A DNA stretch of 64,000 bases from an uncultured Verrucomicrobiae bacterium (GCA_963706955.1 CAVPOC010000002.1:32001-96000), one strand, 5' to 3'. Shown: positions 49,858 to 61,000, counted from the first letter of the stretch. Translations and numbers: made by a program. Notes: generated by a model from the sequence alone, not told the origin.

Positions 49858-51507
49858 ATGGCACCAGATTCCCCAAGTGGTCTATTGGTCGATGGGCTCG
49901 TCGTCTTTCTTTACTTCGCCGTCATCATCGCGATCGGGCTCTACAAAGGGCGCGGGAGCAAGGATCTCGAGAGCTTCGCGGTAGGCAACCGGAATATTCC
50001 CTGGTGGGCGGTGCTGGCATCGATCCTGGCCGCGGAAATAAGTGCGGCGACATTCCTGGGGGCGCCGGGTGAAGGCTATGAGAAGCGCAACTTCACCTAT
50101 GCGCAGCTGGCCCTCGGCACCATTCTCGCCCGCGTCATCATCGCCTACATTTTCATCAAGCCCTACTACGATTTTCGCGTCGTCTCCATCTACGAGTATT
50201 TGCTGCTCCGTTTTGGAACCAGAACTAAGGACACGGCGTCGGCAATCTTCCTGATCACACGCGCCCTTGCGAGCGGAACGCGGCTCTACGTCGCAGCCAT
50301 CGTCTTCGTGATGGGATACGAAATGGTAAGTGGCGAGACCCTCAATATCTGGCAACAAGTCTGGATCTATATCGTCGCACTGTCAGTCATCACCGCCCTG
50401 ACCGCTCTCTATACCGCGCTCGGCGGCATCAAGGCAGTCGTTTGGACCGACGTAATTCAGGCTTGCATAATGTTCGGCTCGCTCGGATTTGCCATCTGGT
50501 CGCTCCTCCAAGCTATTCCTGGCGGCTGGCAAGGCGTTACCGCCGCCCTGAACCAACCCGACGATTGGCAATTCTTTTCCAGTGGCGTGGAGGCTAGCAG
50601 GACCTTTGGGGAAAACGTTCGCAGCATTCTCGAAAGCGAGTACACGATCTGGGCCGCCCTGATCGGATCCACCTTCACGACGCTGGCGACGCACGGGACC
50701 GATCAAGACATGGTCCAGCGCATGCTCACGGCGAAAGACCACCACCGGAGCAGACTTTCCCTCATCATGTCGGGGTTGGCCGATCTCCCGCTGGTCATGG
50801 CGTTTCTCTTTCGTCGGAATGCTTCTCTGGGCATTTTACCAGGAGCCCGGCAAGAACGCTCCCTTCGCTTATTACATTGTCCACGAACTTCCGCCTGGAG
50901 TGCGCGGAGTTCTGATTGCGGGCATTTTCGCCACTGCGATGGGGTCATTGAGCACTGCGCTCAACGCTCTGGCGACAAGCTTCACCGAGGATTGGTATCG
51001 GCCCTACATACGGACCGGACGCCTCGCAAGCCCAGATCGTTCGCGCGGCGCGGGTGAGCACGGTGGTCTTCTCGATTTTGCTGATCCTGATTGGCTCAGC
51101 GACCGCCTACGCCAAGATCGTTCTGAACGCCCGGATCATTCCCATCGTCCTTGGCATCTTTGGATACACCTACGGCTCGTTGCTCGGCGTTTTCCTGGTA
51201 GGTCTGCTAACCAAGCGGCGAGGCAGCGAAGCAGGAAACCTCTTCGCCATGGTGTGCGGCTTCCTGGTAGTCGCAGTTCTTAGCGGCCTGCATAACGACA
51301 TTTGGACACTTCTCCATCCAAATACCGCCGGAAATGAGCACCGCATCGCTCTGGGCCCCAGCGTGGCTTCCGCGAATTGAGTTTCCCTGGCGAATCGCAT
51401 TCGGGGCGGTCGTGACTTTCGCCGTGGCCGTTTGCTTCAAAACTCCCGAACCCAAAGTCCGCTCGACCGAAGAATACCTCGCCCGCTGCACCCGCATGGG
51501 CGCTTGA
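49858..51507 (+). CDS. Sodium:solute symporter, split by three +1 frameshifts (~50810, ~51014, ~51321)
   Basis: GGIKAVVWTD, DQDMVQRML, GSLSTALNAL, YGSLLGVF; fourth segment WLPRIEFPWRIAFG ends at TGA 51507; joined ~548 aa. Confidence 0.85.
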
Positions 51508-51923
51508 CCCGGCCGCTCGTCAAGCGTTTTACCGCAAAGGCGAAAAAAATTTCTTATGGCCCGTTCAACCCTTTTTTCTTGAGTGACTCGCGTTAGGGAT
51601 TTCTATTCTCGCGCCGCTTGCGGCAGACGAAGGCAAGCGTGTTGTGAACAACTTGTGAAGATGTTGAATCCCCCGATTCAATGAAGATGAGCGCGCGTGT
51701 CACGCCCAGCCGCAAGGCTTGGCGAGAGTGAGGAGCAGGTTTGGGGCACCCATCCTGCGCGAATTTTCTCAACCTTCTATCAGTGAACGAATTAGAATGA
51801 ACTTTCTTCCCAGAATTTCTGAAAAAAACTTGGCGCGCGCGCGATTTTCAGTTGTTCTGAGAAGGGTCAAAGCTGCCGAGCTGGTTCCGAGGGGCAAGCC
51901 AGGGATCTCGTGCATAACTTTCT
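51508..51923. other. Candidate oriC / dnaA regulatory region
   Basis: Non-coding region upstream of dnaA-dnaN with A/T tracts; DnaA-box-like TGTGAACAA (51643), TGTGAAGAT (51654), CGTGCATAA (51909); none is a perfect match. Confidence 0.5.
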
Positions 51924-53288
51924 ATGACATTGAATTGCGGGACCATATGGGCGTCGGTTTCCGAGGTGATCCGGCAACGGATCAGTACCGACGGGTATGA
52001 ACGTTGGTTTCAAGGCGTAGATGTTGTTTCTGACGACGGACTCAAGCTCGTTTTTCGCGTGCCGAATCCGATCCATCAGTTCTTTATCGAGAGCAATTAC
52101 TTGCGCCTGGTGCAGGATGCTGCTCAGGAAGTGCTGCGGAGTCCGCGGAAGATCCAATTTGTTGCTCCAGGAAATGCGGAAGGCGATCCTCCCACATTCT
52201 CCTCTGCGAGCATCGATCACCCGCCACCACGTGCCATGGTTCCTGAGCGTTCGCACGGACAAGGCACTTCGGGGATGAATCCCCGAAACACCTTTGAAAC
52301 CTTCGTCGTCGGATCAAACTGCCAATTTGCGCATGGTGCCGCTATCGCCGTGGCAAAATCTCCAGCGAAGACCTACAACCCTCTCTTTGTGTATGGAGGG
52401 AGCGGTTTGGGCAAGACACACTTGCTCCAGGCCATCGGCCACTACGTCATAAGCAGCCATAAGTCCTCTCGTGTGGTCTATCTTTCCAGCGAGCAGTTCA
52501 CCAACGAATTCATCGATGCGATTCAGCACGGAACGCTGGTCAAGTTCCGCAAGAAATACCGCTACGCGGACATCTTGATGATCGATGATATCCAGTTTCT
52601 CGCGGGCAAGGAACGCTCCCAGGAGGAGTTCTTCCACACCTTCAACACGCTGCATGACGGCCACAAGCAAATCGTGCTTTCGAGCGATCGCCCCGCCAGC
52701 GAGATTGAGAAGCTCGAGCAAAGGCTGGTCTCGCGATTCGAATGGGGCATGACCGCGGAGTTGCAGCCACCCGACGTCGAGACCCGTATCGCCATTCTCA
52801 ACAAAAAGGCCGAGAGTTTGAATATCGCCCTCGAGTCTTGGGTGATCGAATTTCTGGCCGATCGCATCCGCAATAATGTGCGGCGCCTCGAGGGAGCGCT
52901 CATGCGCGTGGCTTCCTACAAGTCGCTCAGCGATCGCGAAATTACCCGGGAGGTCATCGAGAATTTGCTCCGTGATATTTTCCAGGAGCAGGCACGCCGC
53001 GCCGTCACCATCGAGCAGATCCAGCGCAAAGTGGCCGAGCATTTCGATGTGCGCCTGGCCGATATGACCAGCAAGCGACGTCCAGCGAACATCGCCTTCC
53101 CAAGGCAGGTGGCGATGTTCCTGTCGCGCGAGCTGACGAACAGCTCGCTCAGCGATATCGGAGACGCCTTCGGAGGCAAGGACCACGGAACGGTGATCCA
53201 CGCCTGCAAGCTCGTCAAACGCCGTATCGAAGAGGATGAGCAGACCCGCCACGTCATCCGCCTGCTCGACAGTCAGCTTCAACGCTGA
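51924..53288 (+). CDS. dnaA: Chromosomal replication initiator
   Basis: YNPLFVYGGSGLGKTHLL, DDIQFL, QEEFFHTFN, RQVAM, KDHGTV. Confidence 0.98.
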   Translation: MTLNCGTIWASVSEVIRQRISTDGYERWFQGVDVVSDDGLKLVFRVPNPIHQFFIESNYLRLVQDAAQEVLRSPRKIQFVAPGNAEGDPPTFSSASIDHPPPRAMVPERSHGQGTSGMNPRNTFETFVVGSNCQFAHGAAIAVAKSPAKTYNPLFVYGGSGLGKTHLLQAIGHYVISSHKSSRVVYLSSEQFTNEFIDAIQHGTLVKFRKKYRYADILMIDDIQFLAGKERSQEEFFHTFNTLHDGHKQIVLSSDRPASEIEKLEQRLVSRFEWGMTAELQPPDVETRIAILNKKAESLNIALESWVIEFLADRIRNNVRRLEGALMRVASYKSLSDREITREVIENLLRDIFQEQARRAVTIEQIQRKVAEHFDVRLADMTSKRRPANIAFPRQVAMFLSRELTNSSLSDIGDAFGGKDHGTVIHACKLVKRRIEEDEQTRHVIRLLDSQLQR

Positions 53289-53425
53289 AGCAGCGCGCCC
53301 GTTCAGTTGGAAGACGACCCGATCGAAAAGCCTCCGCGGTGTAGAGTTTCGCACGATTGCACGCGCGGGACTAATGTTTGACTTCGCCAGGTCGGCTCAA
53401 TAAATGAGACCTTTTCAACAATGAC

Positions 53426-54523
53426 ATGAAGTTCGCAGTCACCAAAGAAGCTCTCCAGGAAGGGCTGCAACGCATTCAGAACGTCGTGAGCACACGTTCG
53501 ACACTGCCCGTGCTCACCAACGCGCTCTTGGAAACAACCAAGACCGGTTTGCGTCTCACCACGACGGATTTGGAAGTGGCCATTCGCTGCGAGATCGTCG
53601 CCCAGGTAGAGAAAGCCGGCGCGACCACCTTGCCCGCTCGCCGGCTTGCCGCCATCGTGCGCGAACTTCCTGCCTCTGAGATCAGCCTCGAGACCGACGC
53701 CAAGAACATCTCCTCGCTGCGCTGCGGCGCGAGCTTTTTTAAGATATACGGCCTCGCCAAAGAGGAGTTCCCCGCCTTCCCCTCGTTCAAGGATGCCAAG
53801 ACTTACACCATCCGGCAGTCGGAACTCAAAGATGGGCTGCGCAGAACATCGTACGCCATCTCGGTGGACGAGACCCGTTACGTGCTCAACGGAATTCTTT
53901 TCTCGTTCAAAGAAAACAAGCTGACGCTCGTGGCAACCGACGGGCGCCGCCTCGCCTTGTTTGACAGCGATCTGGAGTTTCCGCACAGTCACGAGCGCGA
54001 TTTCATCGTCCCCACGAAAGCCGTCACGGAGCTGCAGCGGATGCTGGGCGACGAGGGTGAAATCCAGATAGCGGTGGGCGAGAACCTGGTCTCCTTCGAG
54101 CAGAACGGCTCGCAGCTTGTCTCCAAGTTGGTCGAGGGCAACTATCCCAACTACCGTCAGGTCATCCCCGGAGAGGCCAAGGAACGTATTACCATCGAGC
54201 GTGAATCCCTGCTCAACAGCGTGCGACGCGTCTCTTTGCTAAGCAATGATAAGACCAGCTCAGTCCGACTGAATTTCTCTCGCAACAACCTGGACATCGC
54301 CGCCAACACTCCGGAGGTGGGAGAGGCGCGGGAAGCGCTGGCCGTCGTTTATCGCGGGCGCGACTTATCTATCGCCTTCAATCCGGAGTTCCTCATGGAT
54401 CCTCTGCGAAACCTCCCCAACGACGAGGTCCATCTGGAGCTTATCGACGAGATGAGCCCCGGAGTCATCAAGATCAACACGCCGTTCCTTTACGTCCTCA
54501 TGCCGATGAGAGTGTCAGTCTAA
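53426..54523 (+). CDS. dnaN: DNA polymerase III beta clamp
   Basis: TDLE, ETRYVLNG, VATDGRRL, YPNYRQVIP, VLMPM. Confidence 0.98.
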   Translation: MKFAVTKEALQEGLQRIQNVVSTRSTLPVLTNALLETTKTGLRLTTTDLEVAIRCEIVAQVEKAGATTLPARRLAAIVRELPASEISLETDAKNISSLRCGASFFKIYGLAKEEFPAFPSFKDAKTYTIRQSELKDGLRRTSYAISVDETRYVLNGILFSFKENKLTLVATDGRRLALFDSDLEFPHSHERDFIVPTKAVTELQRMLGDEGEIQIAVGENLVSFEQNGSQLVSKLVEGNYPNYRQVIPGEAKERITIERESLLNSVRRVSLLSNDKTSSVRLNFSRNNLDIAANTPEVGEAREALAVVYRGRDLSIAFNPEFLMDPLRNLPNDEVHLELIDEMSPGVIKINTPFLYVLMPMRVSV

Positions 54524-54530
54524 GGAGTGT

Positions 54531-54621
54531 TAAGTTTTAAGTTTTAAGTTTAACGCCTCGAGATCTCAGCCCGTTGTCGGCGTTTTCTCTTAAAACTTAC
54601 AAACCTAAAACTTAAGACTTA
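54531..54621. repeat. Inverted heptamer tandem arrays (TAAGTTT)x3 ... (AAACTTA)x4 degenerate
   Basis: Left 54531-54551, right 54593-54621, ~41-bp spacer; between convergent dnaN and SLOG genes. Confidence 0.8.
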
Positions 54622-55107
54622 GCGCCCGAAAGTGGCCGTCAGCACAGCTCGGGCAAACCGCCCTGCTTGGGGCTCCTCCGACTTGCGCGGGCCCGCCGCA
54701 TTCAGCCGGCGAACTAAATATTGACGCAAGAATTTTCGCAGGAGAATGGCGCTTTCGCCCACCGTTAACGTTTCCGCGGAGAGGTGCAGCACCGGTTTGT
54801 GGAACTTCTTGCAGGCTTCCCACGTTTTCCACGAGCCCCCGGAAAGTTTTGCGGATTGCGAGAAGATCACGGTCGCCTCGCTATCCCGAACGTTCCACTT
54901 GGTGCGTTGGGCAGGCCGGGCCGAAGGCGTCTCAAGCAACTTGTAACGCGCAGGGATCTCGCCGTCTTCGGCGCGACGCCCTTTGGGACACCAACCTCCG
55001 TGCTGAAGCCCCCGCCGAATAGCCCAGGCAAGACACGCCCGATCAACTCCTGTCTGCCCTCCGCTGATGATGCAGAACGCCTTGCCCACCACATCCAACC
55101 GTGCCAT
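54619..55107 (-). CDS. SLOG-family (cpYpsA / putative molybdenum carrier) protein
   Basis: IISGGQTGVDRA, GGWCPKGRRAEDG, RTKWNVRDS, LNAAGPR; start may be a downstream GTG. Confidence 0.85.
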   Translation of the reverse strand: MARLDVVGKAFCIISGGQTGVDRACLAWAIRRGLQHGGWCPKGRRAEDGEIPARYKLLETPSARPAQRTKWNVRDSEATVIFSQSAKLSGGSWKTWEACKKFHKPVLHLSAETLTVGESAILLRKFLRQYLVRRLNAAGPRKSEEPQAGRFARAVLTATFGR

Positions 55108-55110
55108 GCT
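55082..55110 (+). promoter_or_regulatory. Candidate sigma70 promoter for tRNA-Thr
   Basis: TTGCCC-N17-CATGCT with extended -10 TG, 14 bp upstream of the tRNA. Confidence 0.45.
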
Positions 55111-55124
55111 TTTGCGCCATTGTC

Positions 55125-55196
55125 GCCAGCATAGCACAGCGGTAGTGCAACTGATTTGTAATCAGTAGGTCCCCGGTTCGAATCCGGGTGCTGGCT
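55125..55196 (+). tRNA. tRNA-Thr(UGU), CCA not encoded
   Basis: Acceptor GCCAGCA/TGCTGGC; anticodon arm ACTGA-TTTGTAA-TCAGT; T arm CCCGG-TTCGAAT-CCGGG. Confidence 0.96.
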
Positions 55197-56104
55197 CGGT
55201 TGAAAATCAGTTACTTACTACATTTTAAGAATCTTTGAGCAATCTTGCTTGGACACTTCTTGGACACATTTCGCATTCTGAACTGCTGACGTGTTGATCG
55301 CCCACTGCTCGCGATCGAGGCTCTCGCCCCATGGACAACTGAAGGATGGGTGGCTCGGCGATAAGCGCAAATTTGAGTGGGAGGAAGATCGACCTTGTCC
55401 GTGTGTGTTAGCCTTGTCGAATGCCCTTGCGCTTCTTGAATCGCGACGCGATCAGGAGTCCGAATCCCTAAACTCCACATGTTTATTATCAACATGTTAT
55501 GATAATCAGGCTCCGATTTAGAGTCGCAGTTAGAGCATGTCCGCCAACGTTTCAAGTTGGTGTCAACCAAACAGGCCGAACACCTCCTCTGATCCGTAGC
55601 TCACGCTGGCCGGTGCGAGAGAGGTCACGGGTCAGCTCGAGGGATTACTCTCGGGCCGCATGGCGGACGACCCAGGTTTCCGATACAAACTACGTTCCGA
55701 CTCCCGTCATATCGACCGTTCAAAGTGCCTCCTCGTGGCCGACTATTGTGCTCGGTGGCCGATGATCCCGGTCACCTGATGACCGTATTTGTGCAGGCCC
55801 TGAGTTCTATCTAGATAGGGTCTGTTCGCGGTGGTTTGGTCGCACCGTGTTTGTTCGTGCGTACAGGTCGGATAACCAATATTTGGTCAATCGCGCCGAG
55901 CCTGCTTTCATAGCATCTAGCGCATGGCGCAGAGCAATGAACGCCACCGCGTGCGCCGTCGCGGTATTGCATTTGCTCAATTGCCCCTATGAACAGCGAT
56001 GACGATTCGCGGAGTCCTGGAAACATCAGAGCGTCGTTGAACGATGCCCTCGATCTAATATCCCGTTATCCCAGGTTAGCTCTACCAGTGGGGTCGTGGT
56101 CGCG

Positions 56105-56455
56105 CTATTCGGCTTGGCGCACCTGGCCGAAGTGCGGGGAGAAACCGGGCAGCCTCGGGTGGGGCGCCATCTTCCCGCACATGGTCACCTGGGTGAAGCT
56201 GGCTTCGGACGTGGTGAGAAGTCGGTGGATTCGATTCGAGCTGAGTCCGGTGGCGCCCGCGATTCTGCGGATCGATAGGCCCGCTTGATGTGCTGAGACA
56301 ATTGCCCAGATACGTTCGGTCTGAGCATCGCTAAAGCGCACGTTTGCGGTTCGTAGCCGAGCGATCAGCTCCTGCTCACCTTGCAACCTTTGGCGCACGT
56401 CCTCTATCTTGTGGCCACGGGCCACTTTTACACCCGAGGACTCCGAGCCGTCCAC
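56105..56455 (-). pseudogene. Truncated HTH-containing protein
   Basis: WAIVSAHQAGLSIRRIAGATGLSSNRIHRLL (HTH-like), followed by an apparently unrelated tail. Confidence 0.5.
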
Positions 56456-56520
56456 AAAACTGAACGCCTTATGCTACTTCTCTGCTCCATGGCTCCCCAA
56501 TACCCAAAATCGACACTGCC

Positions 56521-57540
56521 ATGATCATTCGCAACCCTGAAAAGAATTTCCAAGAGTTGTGGAAGACCTTCCACAACAGGTATCCATTTTTCGAACTGAG
56601 GAATGTCGATTGGAAAAAACAGTATGACACCTACAGACCAAAAGTCACAAGGGAGACCAGTGATGATGAGCTCTTCAATATTCTCTGCCAAATGCTCGCC
56701 CCGTTGCATGACGGGCATGTCGAGCTGATAGCCAAAGCAAGTGGGGATCGGAAGAAACGATACTTCACCCCAGAGATAAAGCCCAGATTTTGGCAGGAAT
56801 TCACGAGCCGAGAGATCAAGCAACTCTTCGAAACGACGGAGAAGACTCTTGTCGCCAATGGTTTCGGGCAGCCTACAGAGACTCAGGCCTGGATGCTTCA
56901 CTATTGCAGGTCACGGGCATTTGGTTACATTCGGATCCTCGAGCTGGAAGGCGTTAAAAAGGGGAGTTTGACTGCCGCTCTGGACAAGATTGCCGGTCAC
57001 TTCAAGGACTTGGACGGCGTCATCATCGATATCCGCAACAACCCCGGCGGTGACGATAGTAATGTAATCACGATCATCAATCGGTTTTGCGACCGCAAGC
57101 GAGTCGCCTTCCGCAGGAAGACAAAGATTGGCCCAGGCGAAGATGACTTTACAAGCCTGAAGACCTGGTACATCGAACCGCAAGGTGACGCACAATTCAC
57201 CGGGCCAACCGTACTCTTGACCTGTGATTCTGTTTTCAGCGGTGGAGAGGCCTTTGCGCTGACGATAAAGCAACTGCCTCATGTTACGATCATAGGTAAT
57301 CATACCAACGGCATATTCTCGTATCAACTTGAGAAGAAACTCCCCAATGGCTGGCGTTACTGTTTGTCGTTCCAGAAGTACTTTTCAGCTGACATGGTGT
57401 GCTACGAAGGCAAGGGCGTAGCAGTCGACATCAAGCTACTCAACAACAAGACCGATATTGAAAACGGCATCGATCCGTTGATTACCCGCGCATTGAAAGT
57501 GTTGAAGTCAAAGAACGCGGGAACGGCGAATAAGAGATGA
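56521..57540 (+). CDS. S41 family peptidase
   Basis: NFQELWKTF, LHDGHV, IDIRNNPGG, FSGGEAF, IGNHTNG; visibly lower GC. Confidence 0.88.
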   Translation: MIIRNPEKNFQELWKTFHNRYPFFELRNVDWKKQYDTYRPKVTRETSDDELFNILCQMLAPLHDGHVELIAKASGDRKKRYFTPEIKPRFWQEFTSREIKQLFETTEKTLVANGFGQPTETQAWMLHYCRSRAFGYIRILELEGVKKGSLTAALDKIAGHFKDLDGVIIDIRNNPGGDDSNVITIINRFCDRKRVAFRRKTKIGPGEDDFTSLKTWYIEPQGDAQFTGPTVLLTCDSVFSGGEAFALTIKQLPHVTIIGNHTNGIFSYQLEKKLPNGWRYCLSFQKYFSADMVCYEGKGVAVDIKLLNNKTDIENGIDPLITRALKVLKSKNAGTANKR

Positions 57541-57559
57541 TCGATTGCGCGGCCAGGAC

Positions 57560-57929
57560 TCATAGTTCTTTCGTGAGTTTGTGGGTGAGGTATTCTCCGA
57601 AGAGTCTTTCGTAGTCTATGATTTCACCACTGCTGTTGACGAGGTTGACAGTCAGTGGTCTGCCGTAGATTTCAGTTCCGTGCGTGCGGCTTCCGGTCTC
57701 ACCCAAGGCTCTCCGGGCCCGGCGCAACATCTCGTCTGAAGCCCTGCGCGTGAACGTCAGAAGCATGATCCGGCCCGGATCGATCCCCTGTGACACAAGC
57801 CAACACCCGCGCCGCGAGAGTTTTGGTCTTGCCGGTGCCGGCCCCCGCAATGGTAAGAACCGGGCCCTCGCCCATAGTGGCAGCGCGAAGTTGTTCGGGG
57901 TTTAGATCGTCAATCCACGATTCGGGCAT
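57560..57929 (-). pseudogene. UvrD/PcrA helicase N-terminal fragment, frameshifted
   Basis: DLNPEQ..IAGAGTGKTKTLAARV | WLVSQGIDPGRIMLLTFTRRASDEML in two frames, then truncated. Confidence 0.85.
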
Positions 57930-58044
57930 TGTCCCATCGAGGATACGTGCCACCACGCCCGACGTCCAGTCACTGAGGGGAAGGTTGGCGTAGGATAGCA
58001 GAGGGGAGACGGACGGCAGCGGTTCTACCAGTGCCGAAGGTAAG

Positions 58045-61000
58045 TTAGCAAAGGGGCAGTCGAAGTCCACGTCCTCCTAACCCACTCGCTTTTTGGCGGC
58101 GGTATTCCGCGTAGGTTGCTTCTGCGCGTTTCTCTAGCGAAACCGACTTCTGCTTCCGGGCGATTCTGAGGGCTTCGCAGAAAGAAGCTTCAATTTGGGT
58201 GTCGTTAGCGCCTATGGCCACGAGAAATACACCGCGAAGGCGACGTAGTTCGGCACACCACCAACGCTCTTCAGATCTTTCGACCCATGCTTCCGCTTCC
58301 GTTATTGCCTCAAGAGCTTCGGACACACGATCCGCAAAGTGCAAAGACTCAGCGTTTAGGGCCAGAAAATATGGCATGCGCAGCATGGCACCGGTTGCTC
58401 GATAGTCCCGTATTCCGCCCTCGATCCATGAGATGCCTTCAGCCGTGTTACCGGAAGCGCTGCGTGCCCAACCGCGGAGAATCTCCCCTGCAGGCAGCCA
58501 AAATGCAAAATTCTGACGCGTCGACAGCTCAATCAAATCCGAAGCCAAGCGTGCCATTTCCGCAGGATTACCTTCGAGGTGACCGAGAATCACCGCCCAA
58601 AAAAGTAGTGCCAGGGCTAACGCGTGCATATCATTCAGCTCTTTCGCCAGCGAGATGGCTTCCGCCATGGTCGCGTGGCAACGGGCCGTCTCACCGAAAT
58701 GCCAATCGGATAGGGCCTCAAATACGAGACAATGGACGGCGGGCGCGATGAACTCTTCGACCGGAGAGTGTACGTCTCCCGAGCGCCAGATCTTGAGACC
58801 ACACATCGCGTATTGTCGCGCGGCCTCGAAATCGCCCAGAAAGTACTGCGTGACGGCCAAAGCGCGGCATCCTCCTATCATTAGCGCAGAGTCGTGCTGC
58901 TCCTGCGCCAGTGAATACACTCGCTTGGCAATCTGCATCGTTGCACTCAGTTTCTCGGTGACGAGGGAAAATACCCACTGACCCGTCAGTCCGGAATACA
59001 GGAGCAGGGGACGATTAAGAGAATGACACAAGGGCTCCGCGTGCTCGTAACAAATTCGCGCCTCCGGTGCTCCCAATCCTCGCGTGAGCGTTAGATATAA
59101 CCCCGCCTGCATGAGGACGAAGAGCCGATCTTCGGCAGTGAGACTTTGAGCCTTGGCGCTCGCTTGCGCGAGCGAACCCCAGCGTCCCTGTTCAAAGAAA
59201 TGAGCCAAAGCCGAGAGCAATGCCCCTCGGGCTCCGAGGCCCTTAGCAGCGAAGGACGCATTCCCCCGCTGGATTCTCGGAAGGTAAACTTCATGCAGCG
59301 CTTCGTGATACAAATCGGCGTTGCAGCCGCAAATTACCGCCAAGAAAAGTGGCTCCATCTCCCTAAAGCTTTCCGGAAACTGCGGCGCAAGCGCTCGATA
59401 ATAGTTAAAGAGCCGCTGATTGCATTCCTTCCAAGCCTCGGGTCGTTGACTGCGGAGTTGTTCGCCAAAGTATTCTCGAACCAAAGGATGTGTATCCAGA
59501 TCCCCGAGATGGTGCGGATCTTCCCCGGCGAGGAGTCTTGCTCTTCGCAATCTGGCGACAATCGCTCGTCGCTCGGTAGGGCTCAAGTTAATCAACGACT
59601 CTGTGAGGCCAGGAATCGCAGGTGATTTCAGCAGGACTCCAAGCACATTTTCGTCAGCGGGCCGATCAAACAGACCTAACATGCGGAGAACGGACAGCTC
59701 AGGACCCTCTCCAAACCAGGTTTGGTAAGATTCCATTACCTTCCGAGCATGAACTCCCTGTCGTACGTCGTGAGAAAGGTGGTCTGACACTTCTTTCCGG
59801 CGACGAACATCCCCGTTATAAGCATCGGCCAGATAGCTGCCTAGCAGTGTTAGAGCGAGACAGTGGCCAGCGAACTCGTCGCTGGCACTTCGCAGCTCCG
59901 CTTCACCTCCTTTGACGCCCAGCGCTCGGAGCAGTTTTGCACCTGCATCGCTGGAGAGTTGCTCCAGGTCCCGGCGCGGGGCTGAGGTGCGCTCGTGATC
60001 TGCAACGTCCGCAATCGGCAACCGCGTGGTAATTACACAAAGCCCCGAATTGAAGGCAGCAAGCTCCTTCAAAAGAGCCTGGAGGGAAGGCTCACGGAGT
60101 CTTCCTTCTTGGGCACCAGGCGGATTTTGGAGCGGTTCCAAGCCGTCCAGAATCAGTAAGGTTCGACGATGGGAGATCAGCTTCGCCAATCTTTCGCCTT
60201 TCTCCCACGCCGTCCCTATCCGTGGATCTGGATCTCTAAACCAAGCTAAAGCTGCGTCAAGAAATTCATCTGCTGACGACGTGCCGCCACTGCTACCCTG
60301 CCGGTAAAAGGACCAGCCAAAAACGAGCTGCGCAGAACGATAATGTTGAGCGGCCATCCCTCGGAGCCAATGGTTGACGAGTGTCGACTTCCCGACACCT
60401 GCCCAGGCCACAATCGTGACGATATTTGTATCCTCGTTTGCCCAGCAACCATCCAAGAAAGCGATGTCATCCTCTCGCCCAAAAATATCGCTCCCTGTAA
60501 CTGGCAATCTGGCTATTGAGATGTGCTCCGGTCCCAGTCTTGCAGGCGGCTTGCGGGTTACGGAGTAGGAATCTCTATCGGGCCTCGACCCCAAGCTCTG
60601 ATAAGTAATTGTAAGGCCTTCATCGATAGCGCCCGTTATCGTCGGCAACGCCTTCAGAAGTTCGGCCGGTGTCTGAAAACGCTGCTTGGGATCTTTATCG
60701 AGCAGCACTTCAATGAGGCTGACGACCGGCTGCGGCACACTTTCGAGTTCCTCAACCGGCAAGGGAGCGTGCTGGTGTTGAGACATAACGTCGACGGGCG
60801 AACCCCGAAATGGCACCTGACCTGTCAGCATCTGCCAGAGCGAAACACCAAGCGAGTAGAGATCCGAACGGATATCTACCTCTCCTCCGATAACTTGTTC
60901 CGGACTGGCGAACTCTGGTGTTCCTGCAAAGGCGCCGCTCCCCGAGATCGTGGTTTGAGCATCGGCTTCATCGGCTGTCTTGGCCAAGCCGAGATCGATA

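Noticed and set aside
52314..53354. 346-aa ORF antisense to dnaA (and similar long ORFs at 20349-21392, 45104-46141, 10224-11009)
   Set aside because: Shadow ORFs opposite well-supported genes, expected at high GC; no recognisable motifs
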